Positions 43,653-54,530 of a stretch of 64,000 nucleotides of DNA are shown one piece after another. This DNA is from an uncultured Gemmatimonadaceae bacterium (GTDB taxonomy: Bacteria; Gemmatimonadota; Gemmatimonadetes; Gemmatimonadales; Gemmatimonadaceae). The notes beneath the pieces were generated by a model. That model did no database searches. It was not told the origin of the DNA and saw nothing but the letters and a program-made list of their open reading frames with translations. The stretch's first letter is position 1. Each line of letters begins with the position of its first letter. The position numbers were made by a program, and so were the translations under genes. The stretch covers positions 72,518 to 136,517 of the forward strand of contig CAWGJO010000012.1 of NCBI GenBank assembly GCA_963822945.1. The letters run 5' to 3'.

Positions 43653-44980
43653 TCAGATGGTGCCGCCGCCACCGCCGGTGCGATGCGCCGTCCGGCCGGA
43701 GGAGGACCCGCTGCTGTGCCCGACTGACGCGCTGCCGGCGCTCGAGGAGCCGGACGATGCGCCTGCGGAACGCACGGGCATCCGCTGACCCGAACTTCCG
43801 GACGAAGGCGGTGGGCTGCCCTGCACGTATCCGCGCCCCTTCACCACCCGTCCGTGGGATCCGGTCTGACCACCGCTCTTCACCACCACGACCACTGGCT
43901 GCCCACCGTACCAGCCACCGTACCCGTATCCGTAGCCATAGCCGTAGTAGTTGTACCCCGAATACCCGTAATACGGACTGTACCCGTAGTACGGACTGAA
44001 CGGCGAATAGTACCCGTAGGGCGAGTAGCCATAGGTCCAGGGCGAGTACACGCACGTGCTGCCGTAGTCCCACCCGTACGCGGAGTACGGACAGATCGTG
44101 CGCGTGGTGTCGGCGTTCGAAGATCCAACCACGCCGTTGAGCCGGTTCGGAGCGACCGCATCGCCGTACTGGCCGGTGGTCCCGCCGAGCGCCGGATTCA
44201 CCGCGAACTTCTGCGGATTCGCCAGCGCGACCATGACGTCGATGACGTCACCGGGCACGCCACCATTGGCCAGCGCTTCCAATTCCTTGGCGTTCACGGC
44301 CATCGGGTCACCGCGATTGGCGAGCCAGGCCTCGACGACCGGCGCATCCAGATGCGACGATGCCTCGATCACGTTGTCGGTGCTCAGCGGCGCCGCCGCG
44401 GCCACCCGGGCCGCGTCCACCGCCATGGTCCGCCCGCCGATGGCCGCGGCGATATCCGCCGGCAACGGGCCGGGATCCGTGGCTTCGCGATACTGGGTCA
44501 CCCGCACGCCGGTGTTCTTCCCGGCGGCAAGGCCCTGCACGTCCATGAGGTCGCCGTCGGCGGACATCGCGATCAACGCCGTGGACTTCTGGCGATCGCG
44601 CCGCACATGAAATCGGCGTGCAGATACACGCGTTCATCGTCGCGCGACCACTCGGCGCTCTCCCAACCCTTGCACCCGTCGCGCGTGGCGGCCACGTGCT
44701 TCCCCGTGGCTTCGATGTGTTCCCGCGCCACTTCCTTGCCGTCGGTGACGGTCACCAGATCGACGGCCGAAGTGCCCTGCGCCGGCACGACGCAGAGCAA
44801 CGAAGCCTTGACCCCGGACGGGGCGCCGGCCGGCTCCCAGCACCCGAGGTACGCGTTCCAGCGCCCATCGGCGTTCGTCGCCTGGGCGGACGCCCGGACC
44901 GTCGGCACGAGAAGCAATCCGCCGGCGAAGACGGCGGCCACCACGGCGATCCGCCTCGAGACATCCATGCGATTCTTCAT
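43653..44980 (-). CDS. Secreted hypothetical protein with a Tyr/Gly-rich segment and Ser/Gly tail; apparent frameshift ~44597
   Basis: Signal peptide; Cys-containing N-domain (YLGCW); the mirror copy supplies the missing base (GATGCGCCAG). Confidence 0.75.
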
Positions 44981-44992
44981 ATGCCGCTCTCC

Positions 44993-45748
44993 TCAATACC
45001 TGAAGGTAATACCCGCCGTCACCGCCAGGCCAGACAGATCGAGACGATGGAATCCGGAATAGTCACCGCCCACCGGCCCCTGTGCCCAAGAATAGCGTGC
45101 CTCGGCAGTCAGGGCCATCGCGGAATTGATGTTGAAATCGCCGCCCACGAACGCGTCGGCCATGGGGGTCCACGCCGACGTGCTGTACGCGTCGGAATAA
45201 ACATTGGTGGTGGTGAAATCGATGAAGTCGCCACCCTGCCGGAACTTGTACCACATGGTGCCGGCCCCGATGCCGACGTACGGCGCGAAGTGCGCCGGAA
45301 TCCACGCATAATGCCCGATCGCGCGTCCCCGCGGCGCCAGATACGCCTTGAGGTTCACCGTGAGCGGTACGCGGGTGAATTCGTTCGTCTGGTTGATCGG
45401 CAGGTTGTTGTTGTCCAGCCAATCGCGGAATTGCGACTCCACCGCGGAATGGGAGTAGGCAATCCCCACCACGGCGTCCACGCGCGGACTCAGCCGGAAC
45501 CCGAAATCCGTGGCGATCGTGGGACTCGAGAAGTCGCTGTGATTCACCGTGAGTTCGCTGCGGACGAACGAGAACAGATCGCTGTTCGCGAACGCCATGT
45601 CGTACCCCGTCCGGATCGTGACCGTCCCACTCGGGACACCGAACAGGTATCCGCCACCCCGCGCACCGCGTGCCTGCGCGTGGGCGGGCGAAGCGGTCAT
45701 CAGCAGCGCCACCGCCACCGCGCCGAGCCCCAGGAAGAACCGATTCAT
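44993..45748 (-). CDS. Outer-membrane beta-barrel protein
   Basis: Signal peptide MNRFFLGLGAVAVALLMTASPAHAQ; APYVGIGAG; ends LAVTAGITFRY. Confidence 0.8.
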   Translation of the reverse strand: MNRFFLGLGAVAVALLMTASPAHAQARGARGGGYLFGVPSGTVTIRTGYDMAFANSDLFSFVRSELTVNHSDFSSPTIATDFGFRLSPRVDAVVGIAYSHSAVESQFRDWLDNNNLPINQTNEFTRVPLTVNLKAYLAPRGRAIGHYAWIPAHFAPYVGIGAGTMWYKFRQGGDFIDFTTTNVYSDAYSTSAWTPMADAFVGGDFNINSAMALTAEARYSWAQGPVGGDYSGFHRLDLSGLAVTAGITFRY

Positions 45749-46096
45749 TTCCTGCACCCGCGTCACCGCATCGTGAACCGCGTCATCGAACCTCATACAC
45801 CCCTCCACACCGATGTTTGGGCCACCGTCGCTCCGAACTCCTATCATTGTATACAGTCGAGTATACGGTGTAGTTCCACTGCGATCAAGCGGCAATCCTC
45901 CGCATGCGCGCCAAGCTGTCGCCAACCTTTCACGCAAGGTTCGGGTAGGGCCCCTTGCGCCGCGATTCGTGGCAGCGAGCTTTCCCGGCGTCGCCTCCCC
46001 ATGCCGCTCGGGCAACGGCCGACGACGTGGCCAGCGCTGCGGCCGCCACCTGCACCGCAGCCCTCGTTTCCCCCACCCCGCCCCCCGGTTCCCGAC

Positions 46097-47563
46097 ATGC
46101 CGACTCCTCTGCGCGCCGCCGTAGGCTCCGTCGTGCTTGCCGGTCTCGCGCTCGCCGCGCCGGTCCGAGCCCAGATCACCCAACACGAATACACCGTTCG
46201 CCGCGATTCGTTGGCCGCTCGTATCGACAGCGGCGTGGTCGTGGCCTTCGGCGGCCGAACACCGGTCACGGACTTCGGCCCCTTCTTTCAACTGCCGGCC
46301 TTCCATTACCTGACCGGCTTCGACGAACCGGATGCGGCCTTCGTGTTGGTGGTACACCACGGACATGCCGCCGGTACCCTGTTCCTCACGCCCATCAACC
46401 CGCGAACGGCGCTGTACTATGGCCGCCGGCCCGACACCGCCACGGTCCGGCAGTCCACCGGACTGTCCGGTCGCTCGTTCGGCGCGTTGCGGGGGGTGCT
46501 CGACTCGCTTGCCGGCCACGGGCTTCCGTTCTACACACTGGCCGACTTCGCCGACGCTGATTTCGCTCACGCCGATTCCCTGACGCGGGGCCAGCAGTTC
46601 ATGCGCGAGTTCGCGCAGGCGCATCCCGGGCTGGACCTCCGCGACGCGCACCCGATGGTCGATCAGCTTCGGGCTCGCAAGAGCCCCGCGGAGATTGCAC
46701 TCCTGCGACGGGCGGCCGAGATCAGCTCGGCCGGGCACCGGGCCGCGATGCTGGTGCCGAATCCGCGGCACGAGTACGAACTGCGGGCGGCGCTGGAAGA
46801 CGCGTTCACCCGGCTCGGCGCCGAGCGCGTGGCCTACGGATCGATCGTGGGCGCCGGGGCGAACGGCACGCAGCTCCACTATATGAAGGACACGGCCGCG
46901 GCCCGGCCGGGGGACATCGTGGTGATGGATGCGGCGGGTGAGTATCAGGGGTACGCGGCCGACATCACGCGATCCATTCCCGTGAGCGGCACGTTCACCC
47001 CCGATCAGCGCCGTATCTACCAACTGGTTCGCGATGCACAGTCGACCGCCGAGCGGTATTCGCGCGCCGGCGTGCCGGAGCACATCGCACAGGATTCGTC
47101 GTTCGCCGTGCGGGCCCGCGGGCTCGCGCGACTCGGCCTCGTCGAGAGCGCCGACGCGACCTTCGACCCGCCGTGGGCCGCCGACTGCACGCACCAACCC
47201 GACGCCTGCAAGCAGGCCAACCTCTGGATGATCCACGGCATCAGCCATGGCCTGGGCCTCGCCGTCCACGATCCGGTGCAGTTCTACTCCGGCGACCGGA
47301 CGTACCAGGTCGGCGACGCGTTCACCATCGAGCCGGGCATCTACATCAGCCGCACCTCGCTCGATGTGCTGCCGGACACTCCGAAGAACCGCGCGTTCAT
47401 CGCCCACGTGCACGACGCGGTGGCCCGCTACGAGAACACCGGAGTTCGCATCGAGGACGACTACGTGATTACGGACAAGGGGTTGGAGCGATTGAGTACG
47501 GCGCCGCGAGAGATCGGCGAGATCGAGGCGCTCATGAAGCAGCGTCGGCAGGTGGTGCCGTGA
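46097..47563 (+). CDS. Secreted Xaa-Pro aminopeptidase (M24B)
   Basis: Signal peptide; YLTGFDEP, RARKSPAEI, MDAAGE..YAADITR, HGLGLAVHD, TIEPG, GVRIEDD. Confidence 0.92.
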   Translation: MPTPLRAAVGSVVLAGLALAAPVRAQITQHEYTVRRDSLAARIDSGVVVAFGGRTPVTDFGPFFQLPAFHYLTGFDEPDAAFVLVVHHGHAAGTLFLTPINPRTALYYGRRPDTATVRQSTGLSGRSFGALRGVLDSLAGHGLPFYTLADFADADFAHADSLTRGQQFMREFAQAHPGLDLRDAHPMVDQLRARKSPAEIALLRRAAEISSAGHRAAMLVPNPRHEYELRAALEDAFTRLGAERVAYGSIVGAGANGTQLHYMKDTAAARPGDIVVMDAAGEYQGYAADITRSIPVSGTFTPDQRRIYQLVRDAQSTAERYSRAGVPEHIAQDSSFAVRARGLARLGLVESADATFDPPWAADCTHQPDACKQANLWMIHGISHGLGLAVHDPVQFYSGDRTYQVGDAFTIEPGIYISRTSLDVLPDTPKNRAFIAHVHDAVARYENTGVRIEDDYVITDKGLERLSTAPREIGEIEALMKQRRQVVP

Positions 47564-47713
47564 CCCGGGACCACCGCTAAAGGGTTACTGTTGGCCGGTC
47601 TGCCCGCCCGCCACGGCATCCATCACACCTTCGTGACCACGCCGGGTGCGCACCAGTGGCAGGTGTGGCGGCGCAACTTCATCGCGCTGGCGCCGCTGCT
47701 GTTCACCCACTGA
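47560..47713 (+). other. Remnant of the esterase gene; ~986 bp are missing relative to the mirror copy
   Basis: Only the start and the last ~40 codons ([23 protein letters not shown]) of gene 54520-55659 are present, joined by garbled sequence. Confidence 0.8.
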
Positions 47714-50700
47714 TGTCGGTCGCGGCCCCCGTCTCGCACAGAATCCGGTCGAGGGTCTCGACGAGCAGGTCGCCGTCCGTCGTGTCGAACGGCATCGGCG
47801 GGCGGATCTTGATCACGTTGTGCGCCGGTCCGTCGGTGCCGAGCAGAATCCCCTGCTCGCGCATCCGGTTGGCGACGTAGGCGGCCGCCGCGCCCGCCGG
47901 TTCGAGTGTCACCCGGTCGCGCACCAGTTCCACGCCGAGGAAGAGGCCCGTACCGCGGACGTCGCCGACCAGCTCGTGCCGGTCGACCATCGGCCGGAGG
48001 CCGGCCAGGAGCCGCTCTCCCACGGCGAGCGCGTGTGCCTGCAACCGTTCGTCGCGCATCACGTCGAGCACCGCGAGCCCGATGGCGCACGACACGGTGT
48101 TCCCACCGAAGGTGCTGAAGTACTCCATGCCGTTGTCGAAGGCATCGGCGATCGCCCGCGTGGTCACCACGGCCGCCAGGGGGTGCCCGTTGCCCAACGG
48201 CTTGCCCATCACGACGATGTCGGGCACCACGCCGTGCGCCTCGAACGCCCAGAAGTGGGTGCCGAGGCGGCCGAGCCCGGTCTGGACCTCGTCGGCGATG
48301 CAGACGCCGCCCGCCTCGCGCACGTGGCGGTACGCCTCCGCCAGGTAGCCGGGCGGCAGGATGATCTGCCCACCGACGCTCGGACAGGTCTCGGCGATGA
48401 AGCCGCACAACCGGCGCCCCGACGCGCGGACCGCCTCGGCGAGTTCCGCCACGTGCTCGGCATACTTCGGCCCCGCCTCGGAGTCGTCCCGCCGGTACGG
48501 GCCGCGGAAGTCGTCGGGGAGCGGCGCCACGTGCACCCAATCCGGGGCCCCGCGTCCGCCGGGGCCGGCATGCTTGTACGGACTGATGTCGATGAGCGTG
48601 GTCGTGTTGCCGTGGTAGGCCGCCTCGAGGACGATGAGGTCGCGCGCGTTCGTGTAGGCCCGGGCCAGTCGCAGCGCCAGCTCGTTGGCCTCGCTCGCCG
48701 AATTCGTGAAGTAGCAGACGCGCAGCGGTTCGGGCAGCGTCGCGGTGATACGCTCGGCGTATGCCGCCGGCAGATCGTTGAGATAGCGCGTATTGGTGTT
48801 CAGCACGCGCATCTGGTCGGCGCCGGCGCGTACCACCCGTGGGTGCGCGTGCCCAACATGAGGAACGTTGTTGTAGGCGTCGATGAATTGGCGGCCCGTC
48901 TCGTCGAACAGGTACTGCTTCCACCCGCGCACCACCTTCACCGGCTCCCGGTAGGCGACGCTGAGATTGCCGCCGAAGCGCGCGCGGCGTTCGGCCAGGG
49001 TGTGCGCGGCCGTCGGCGCGGCGGGTGGAAAGCGATCGGCGGGGATGCCGACGAGCAGGTTGGGATCGGGACAGATCGCGGTCCAGGCGGTGCGCTGGCT
49101 CGGAGCGACGACGCCGGGGAAGTCGAGCCCAAGCCCCAGCAGATCGACCATCACCTGCAGGTGCAGGTGCGGCGTCCATCCGCCGTTCACGTCGGCCGCG
49201 CCCAACGTGGCAATGCGCGCGCCCCGCGCGACGGACTGTCCAACGCGCACTCCATCGAGCGACTCGCGGCTCAGGTGCCCGTAGAGCGTGAAGAACGGAA
49301 TGCCGTCCTCCGTCTCGTGTCGAAGGATGATGACGGGACCGTAGTCCAGCGCATTCGCATTGTCGTGGGCGGCATGCACCGTACCGGCCAGCGGCGCGTG
49401 CACGGGGGTTCCGGCGTCGGCGAACAGGTCGAGCCCGATGTGGATGGTCCGGCGTTCATCCGTCATGCGCGGCCCGCCGGAGAAGAGCGGCGTCACGTAC
49501 AGCAACCGCGCCTCGTCGTAGCGCCCCACCCCGACGCGGACCCCGGCCTCGCGCATCGCGTCGAACACGAGCGGAGTCAGATGCGGCTCTTCGCGTTCCG
49601 CGGGATCGCCGCTCACCAGCGGGCTGGGCACGCTCAGATCCAACACCAGCGACGGCTCGGTGCGCAGATCGACGCCGAGCACGGGCGCGAACTCGCGCGT
49701 CCGGGCGCCGAGCCAGGCGCGCACGCGCTCCGCATTCGGGACCGGGCGCAGCCCGCACGCGTCCCGCAGCATCGCTTCGGCCACCGGAAATGCAATGGAC
49801 GCCACGCGGGGGAGCGCGGCGCGGATCCGGGCCTGACTGATGCCCAGATAGTCGTTGTCGGGCCGGAGCCTCATCTGTTCGGCGGCGATACATGCGCTGA
49901 CGCACAGCCGCATGGCGGCGAGTCCGAACACCGCGCGCAACTCGGCGTCGGCCAACGGCCGCTCGGCATGGAACGCCGCCACCACCGGCGCGGCCGCGGC
50001 GATCGGATCGGGGGCGTCGAGGATTGCGTACGCCACGGCGATCGCGAGATCCGCCACGGCGTAGCTCTCCACCATGTCGCCGAAATCGACGATCCCACTC
50101 ACGCGAAGCCCCGCGTCCGGCCCGTCGTCCCACGCCACGAGCACGTTGTAGTCGTTGAGGTCGCCGTGGATCACGGCCCGATCGAGCGCCGGGAGCACGG
50201 CGGCGGTGTGCGCATCGAAGTTCGCGCAGACGGCATCGATGGCGGCGCCGAGCCGGGGGTCGGTGATCGCGCCGCGCCGCTCGTCCACCACGCGCCGCGC
50301 GCCGGCCAGATCCCACGCGAACCGACGGTGCACGGCGGGGTGGTCGAAGCCGGCAAGCGCGGTATCGAGCCGGGCCACGGCGCGCCCCAGGCTCTGGAGC
50401 AGCGCCCGGGACGGCAGGCGCACGTCGGCCAGGGGCCGGCCCGGCAGGCGTGTGATGGCCCATGCCAGATGCTCGCGGCCATCGGGACTCACCACCCGCG
50501 TGAGTCGCTCGCCGCCGGCGGCCGGCATCACGCGCGGCGTGAGCGGAGTCCGGGCGGCCAGGTGATCGAGCGCCGCCTGCTGCGCCTCCAGGATCGCGCG
50601 CTCCTCGCGGGCATTCGCGATCTTGAGCACCGCGCCACCGCCGTGCCCGTCTCCCGGCTGCACCAGAAAGTTCTGGTCGCGTTCGCTGAACAGTGGGCGC

Positions 50701-50780
50701 ACGGTTCCGCGAAGGCCGAACCGTTCGTGGGCGAGGCGGGCAGCGAACGCCTCGTCGAAGCGCGGAGCCGAATCGAGCAT
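47703..50780 (-). CDS. Fusion of APH/hydroxylysine-kinase-like, M23-like and class III aminotransferase domains
   Basis: [61 protein letters not shown]. Confidence 0.92.
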   Translation of the reverse strand: MLDSAPRFDEAFAARLAHERFGLRGTVRPLFSERDQNFLVQPGDGHGGGAVLKIANAREERAILEAQQAALDHLAARTPLTPRVMPAAGGERLTRVVSPDGREHLAWAITRLPGRPLADVRLPSRALLQSLGRAVARLDTALAGFDHPAVHRRFAWDLAGARRVVDERRGAITDPRLGAAIDAVCANFDAHTAAVLPALDRAVIHGDLNDYNVLVAWDDGPDAGLRVSGIVDFGDMVESYAVADLAIAVAYAILDAPDPIAAAAPVVAAFHAERPLADAELRAVFGLAAMRLCVSACIAAEQMRLRPDNDYLGISQARIRAALPRVASIAFPVAEAMLRDACGLRPVPNAERVRAWLGARTREFAPVLGVDLRTEPSLVLDLSVPSPLVSGDPAEREEPHLTPLVFDAMREAGVRVGVGRYDEARLLYVTPLFSGGPRMTDERRTIHIGLDLFADAGTPVHAPLAGTVHAAHDNANALDYGPVIILRHETEDGIPFFTLYGHLSRESLDGVRVGQSVARGARIATLGAADVNGGWTPHLHLQVMVDLLGLGLDFPGVVAPSQRTAWTAICPDPNLLVGIPADRFPPAAPTAAHTLAERRARFGGNLSVAYREPVKVVRGWKQYLFDETGRQFIDAYNNVPHVGHAHPRVVRAGADQMRVLNTNTRYLNDLPAAYAERITATLPEPLRVCYFTNSASEANELALRLARAYTNARDLIVLEAAYHGNTTTLIDISPYKHAGPGGRGAPDWVHVAPLPDDFRGPYRRDDSEAGPKYAEHVAELAEAVRASGRRLCGFIAETCPSVGGQIILPPGYLAEAYRHVREAGGVCIADEVQTGLGRLGTHFWAFEAHGVVPDIVVMGKPLGNGHPLAAVVTTRAIADAFDNGMEYFSTFGGNTVSCAIGLAVLDVMRDERLQAHALAVGERLLAGLRPMVDRHELVGDVRGTGLFLGVELVRDRVTLEPAGAAAAYVANRMREQGILLGTDGPAHNVIKIRPPMPFDTTDGDLLVETLDRILCETGAATDISG

Positions 50781-50852
50781 GAGAAACGCTACACCGGCGC
50801 GCCGGGCGCGTCCATTGGCCGCCCCCATTTTGCGCGGTTGGTACAATTAGAC

Positions 50853-51096
50853 ATGACCAACAACACTTCCATTCCGCTGTTCGAACCGCTGACGATGCGC
50901 GGGGTCGAATTCCGGAATCGCATCTTCGTGTCGCCCATGTGCGAATATTCCAGCGTGGACGGCCTCCCCAACGACTGGCACCTGGTGCACCTCGGCAGCC
51001 GGGCCGTGGGCGGGGCCGGGCTGGTGCTGACCGAGGCGACGGCGGTGAGCCCCGAGGGGCGCATCTCGCCGGCCGACACCGGCATCTGGAGCAGCG
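50853..51096 (+). CDS. NADH:flavin oxidoreductase (Old Yellow Enzyme family), 5' fragment cut at the fold axis
   Basis: [25 protein letters not shown]...[29 protein letters not shown]. Confidence 0.9.
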
Positions 51097-51139
51097 CGCA
51101 ATACGCGACCAAGTACAGGTACATAAACGAAGTATTGCT
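51097..51139. other. Nanopore ligation-adapter-like remnant at the palindrome axis
   Basis: GCAATACG..AAGTACAGG followed by ..GTATTGCT; recalled adapter strands are GCAATACGTAACTGAACGAAGTACAGG and ...GTACTTCGTTCAGTTACGTATTGCT. Confidence 0.85.
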
Positions 51140-51383
51140 CGCTGCTCCAGATGCCGGTGTCGGCCGGCGAGATGCGCCCCTCGGGGCTCACCGCCGTCGC
51201 CTCGGTCAGCACCAGCCCGGCGCCGCCAACGGCCCGGCTGCCGAGGTGCACCAGGTGCCAGTCGTTGGGGAGGCCGTCCATGCTGGAGTATTCGCACATG
51301 GGCGACACGAAGATGCGACTCCGGAATTCGACCCCGCGCATCGTCAGCGGTTCGAACAGCGGAATAGGAGTGTTGTTGGTCAT
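51140..51383 (-). CDS. Mirror copy of the flavin oxidoreductase fragment
   Basis: Reverse complement of 50853-51096. Confidence 0.8.
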
Positions 51384-51456
51384 GTCTAATTGTACCAACC
51401 GCGCAAAATGGGGGCGGCCAATGGACGCGCCCCGGCGCGCGGGTGTAGCGTTTCCC

Positions 51457-54400
51457 ATGCTCGATTCCGCCCCCCGCTTCGACGAAACGTCCGATGCCGG
51501 CCTCGCCCACGAACGGTTCGGCCTCCGCGGAACCTCTGCCCACTGTTCAGCGAACGCGACCAGAACTTTCTATTGAAGCCGGGAGAGGGCACGGCGGGGG
51601 CGCGGTGCTCAAGATCGCCAACCCGCGAGGAGCGCGCCCTCCTCGAGGCGCAGCAGGCGGCGCTCGTCACCTGGCCGCCGGACTCCGCTCACGCCGCGCG
51701 TGATGCCGGCCGCCGGCGGCGAGCGACTCACGCGGGTGGTGAGTCCCGATGGCCGCGAGCATCTGGCATGGGCCATCACCGCCTGCCGGGCCGGCCCCTG
51801 GCCGACGTGCGCCTGCCGTCCCGGGCGCTGCTCCAGAGCCTGGGGCGCGCCGTGGCCCGGCTCGATACCGCGCTTGCCGGCTTCGACCACCCCGCCGTGC
51901 ACCGCCGGTTCGCGTGGGATCTGGCCGGCGCGCGGCGCGTGGTGGACGAGCGGCGCGGCGCGATCACCGACCCCCGGCTCGGCGCCGCCATCGATGCCGT
52001 CTGCGCGAACTTCGATGCGCACACCGCCGCCGTGCTCCCGGCGCTCGATCGGGCCGTGATCCACGGCGACCTCAACGACTACAACGTGCTCGTGGCGTGG
52101 GACGACGGGCCGGACGCGGGGCTTCGCGTGAGTGGGATCGTCGACTTCGGCGACATGGTGGAGAGCTACGCCGTGGCGGATCTCGCGATCGCCGTGGCAT
52201 ACGCAATCCTCGACGCCCCCGATCCGATCGCCGTGGCCGCGCCGGTGGTGGCGGCGTTCCATGCCGAGCGGCCGTTGGCCGACGCCGAGTTGCGCGCGGT
52301 GTTCGGACTCGCCGCCATGCGGCTGTGCGTCAGCGCATGTATCGCCGCCGAACAGATGAGGCTCCGGCCCGACAACGACTATCTGGGCATCAGTCAGGCC
52401 CGGATCCGCGCCGCGCTCCCCCGCGTGGCGTCCATTGCATTTCCGGTGGCCGAAGCGATGCTGCGGGACGCGTGCGGGCTGCGCCCGGTCCCGAATGCGG
52501 AGCGCGTGCGCGCATGGCTCGGCGCCCGGACGCGCGAGTTCGCGCCCGTGCTCGGCGTCGATCTGCGCACCGAGCCGTCGCTGGTGTTGGATCTGAGCGT
52601 GCCCAGCCCGCTGGTGAGCGGCGATCCCGCGGAACGCGAAGAGCCGCATCTGACTCCGCTCGTGTTCGACGCGATGCGCGAGGCCGGGGTCCGCGTCGGG
52701 GTGGGGCGCTACGACGAGGCGCGGTTGCTGTACGTGACGCCGCTCTTCTCCGGCGGGCCGCGCATGACGGATGAACGCCGGACCATCCACATCGGGCTCG
52801 ACCTGTTCGCCGACGCCGGAACCCCCGTGCACGCGCCGCTGGCCGGTACGGTGCATGCCGCCCACGACAATGCGAATGCGCTGGACTACGGTCCCGTCAT
52901 CATCCTTCGACACGAGACGGAGGACGGCATTCCGTTCTTCACGCTCTACGGGCACCTGAGCCGCGAGTCGCTCGATGGAGTGCGCGTTGGACAGTCCGTC
53001 GCGCGGGGCGCGCGCATTGCCACGTTGGGCGCGGCCGACGTGAACGGCGGATGGACGCCGCACCTGCACCTGCAGGTGATGGTCGATCTGCTGGGGCTTG
53101 GGCTCGACTTCCCCGGCGTCGTCGCTCCGAGCCAGCGCACCGCCTGGACCGCGATCTGTCCCGATCCCAACCTGCTCCTCGGCATCCCCGCCGATCGCTT
53201 TCCACCCGCCGCGCCGACGGCCGCGCAGACCCTGGCCGAACGCCGCGCGCGCTTCGGCGGCAATCTCAGCGTCGCCTACCGGGAGCCGGTGAAGGTCGTG
53301 CGCGGCTGGATGCAGTACCTGTTCGACGAGACGGGCCGCCAATACATCGACGCCTACAACAACGTGCCGCACGTCGGCCACGCGCATCCGCGGGTGGTAC
53401 GCGCCGGCGCCGCGCAGATGGGCATGCTCAACACCAACACGCGCTATCTCAACGATCGTGCCGGCGGACATACGCCGAGCGTTCACCGCGACGCTGCCCG
53501 AACCCCTGCGGTCTGCTACTTCACGGCATTCGGCAGCGAGGCCAACGAGCTGGCGCTGCGGCTGGCCCGCGCCCACACGGCGCGCGCGACCTGATCGTCC
53601 TGGAGGCCGCCTACCACGGCCACACGACCACGCTCATCGACATCAGTCCGTACAAGCATGCCGGCCCGGCGGACGCGGGGCGCCCGGATTGGGTGCACGT
53701 GGCGCCGATCCCGGACGTCTACCGCGGCGCCGTACCGGCGCGGACGACTCCGAGGCGGGGCCGAAGTACGCCGAGAGGTCGGCGGAACTCGCCGATGCGG
53801 TCCGCGCGCGGGGCGCCGGCTTGTGCGGCTTCATCGCCGAGACCTGCCCGAGCGTCGGTGGGCAGATCATCCTGCCGCCCGGCTACCTGGCCGAGGTCTA
53901 CCGCCACGTGCGCGAGGCGGGCGGCGTCTGCATCGCCGACGAGGTGCAGACCGGGCTTCGGCCGGCTCGGCACGCACTTCTGGGCGTTCGAGGCCCACGA
54001 CGTGGTGCCCGGACATCGTCGTGCTCGGCAAGCCGATCGGCAACGGGTACCCGCTGGCGGCGGTGGTGACCACGCGGGCGATCGCCGATGCCTTCGACAA
54101 CGGCATGGAGTTCTTCAGCACCTTCGGTGGCAACACGGTGTCGTGCGCCGTCGGGCTCGCGGTGCTCGACGTGATGCGCGACGAACGGTTGCAGGCACAC
54201 GCGCTCGCCGTGGGGGAGCGGCTGCTGGCCGGCCTCCGGCCGATGGCCGACCGGCACGAGCTGGTCGGCGACGTCCGCGGTTCGGGCCTGTTCCTCGGCG
54301 TGGAACTGGTGCGCGACCGGGTGACACTCGAACCGGCGGGCGCGGCGGCCGCCTACGTCGCCAACCGGATGCGCGAGCAGGGGATTCTGCTCGGCACCGA

Positions 54401-54530
54401 CGGGCCGGCGCACAACGTGATCAAGATCCGCCCGCCGATGCCGTTCGACACGACGGACGGCGACCTGCTCGTCGAGACCCTCGACCGGATTCTGTGCGAG
54501 ACGGGGGCCGCGACCGACATCAGTGGGTGA
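51457..54530 (+). CDS. Mirror copy of the kinase-M23-aminotransferase fusion (frameshifted)
   Basis: Matches 47703-50780; split over ORFs 51390-53594, 53458-54069 and 53658-54530. Confidence 0.8.

Noticed and set aside
51097..51139. Hairpin telomere or true inverted chromosomal duplication
   Set aside because: The spacer resembles sequencing adapter, the axis truncates an ordinary gene, no protelomerase is present, and the arms carry independent indel errors.
47646..51389. 1247-aa ORF and similar long Arg/Ala/Gly-rich antisense ORFs (e.g. 37917-40979, 18400-20133)
   Set aside because: Shadow frames of real genes in high-GC DNA; this one also reads through the artefactual axis.
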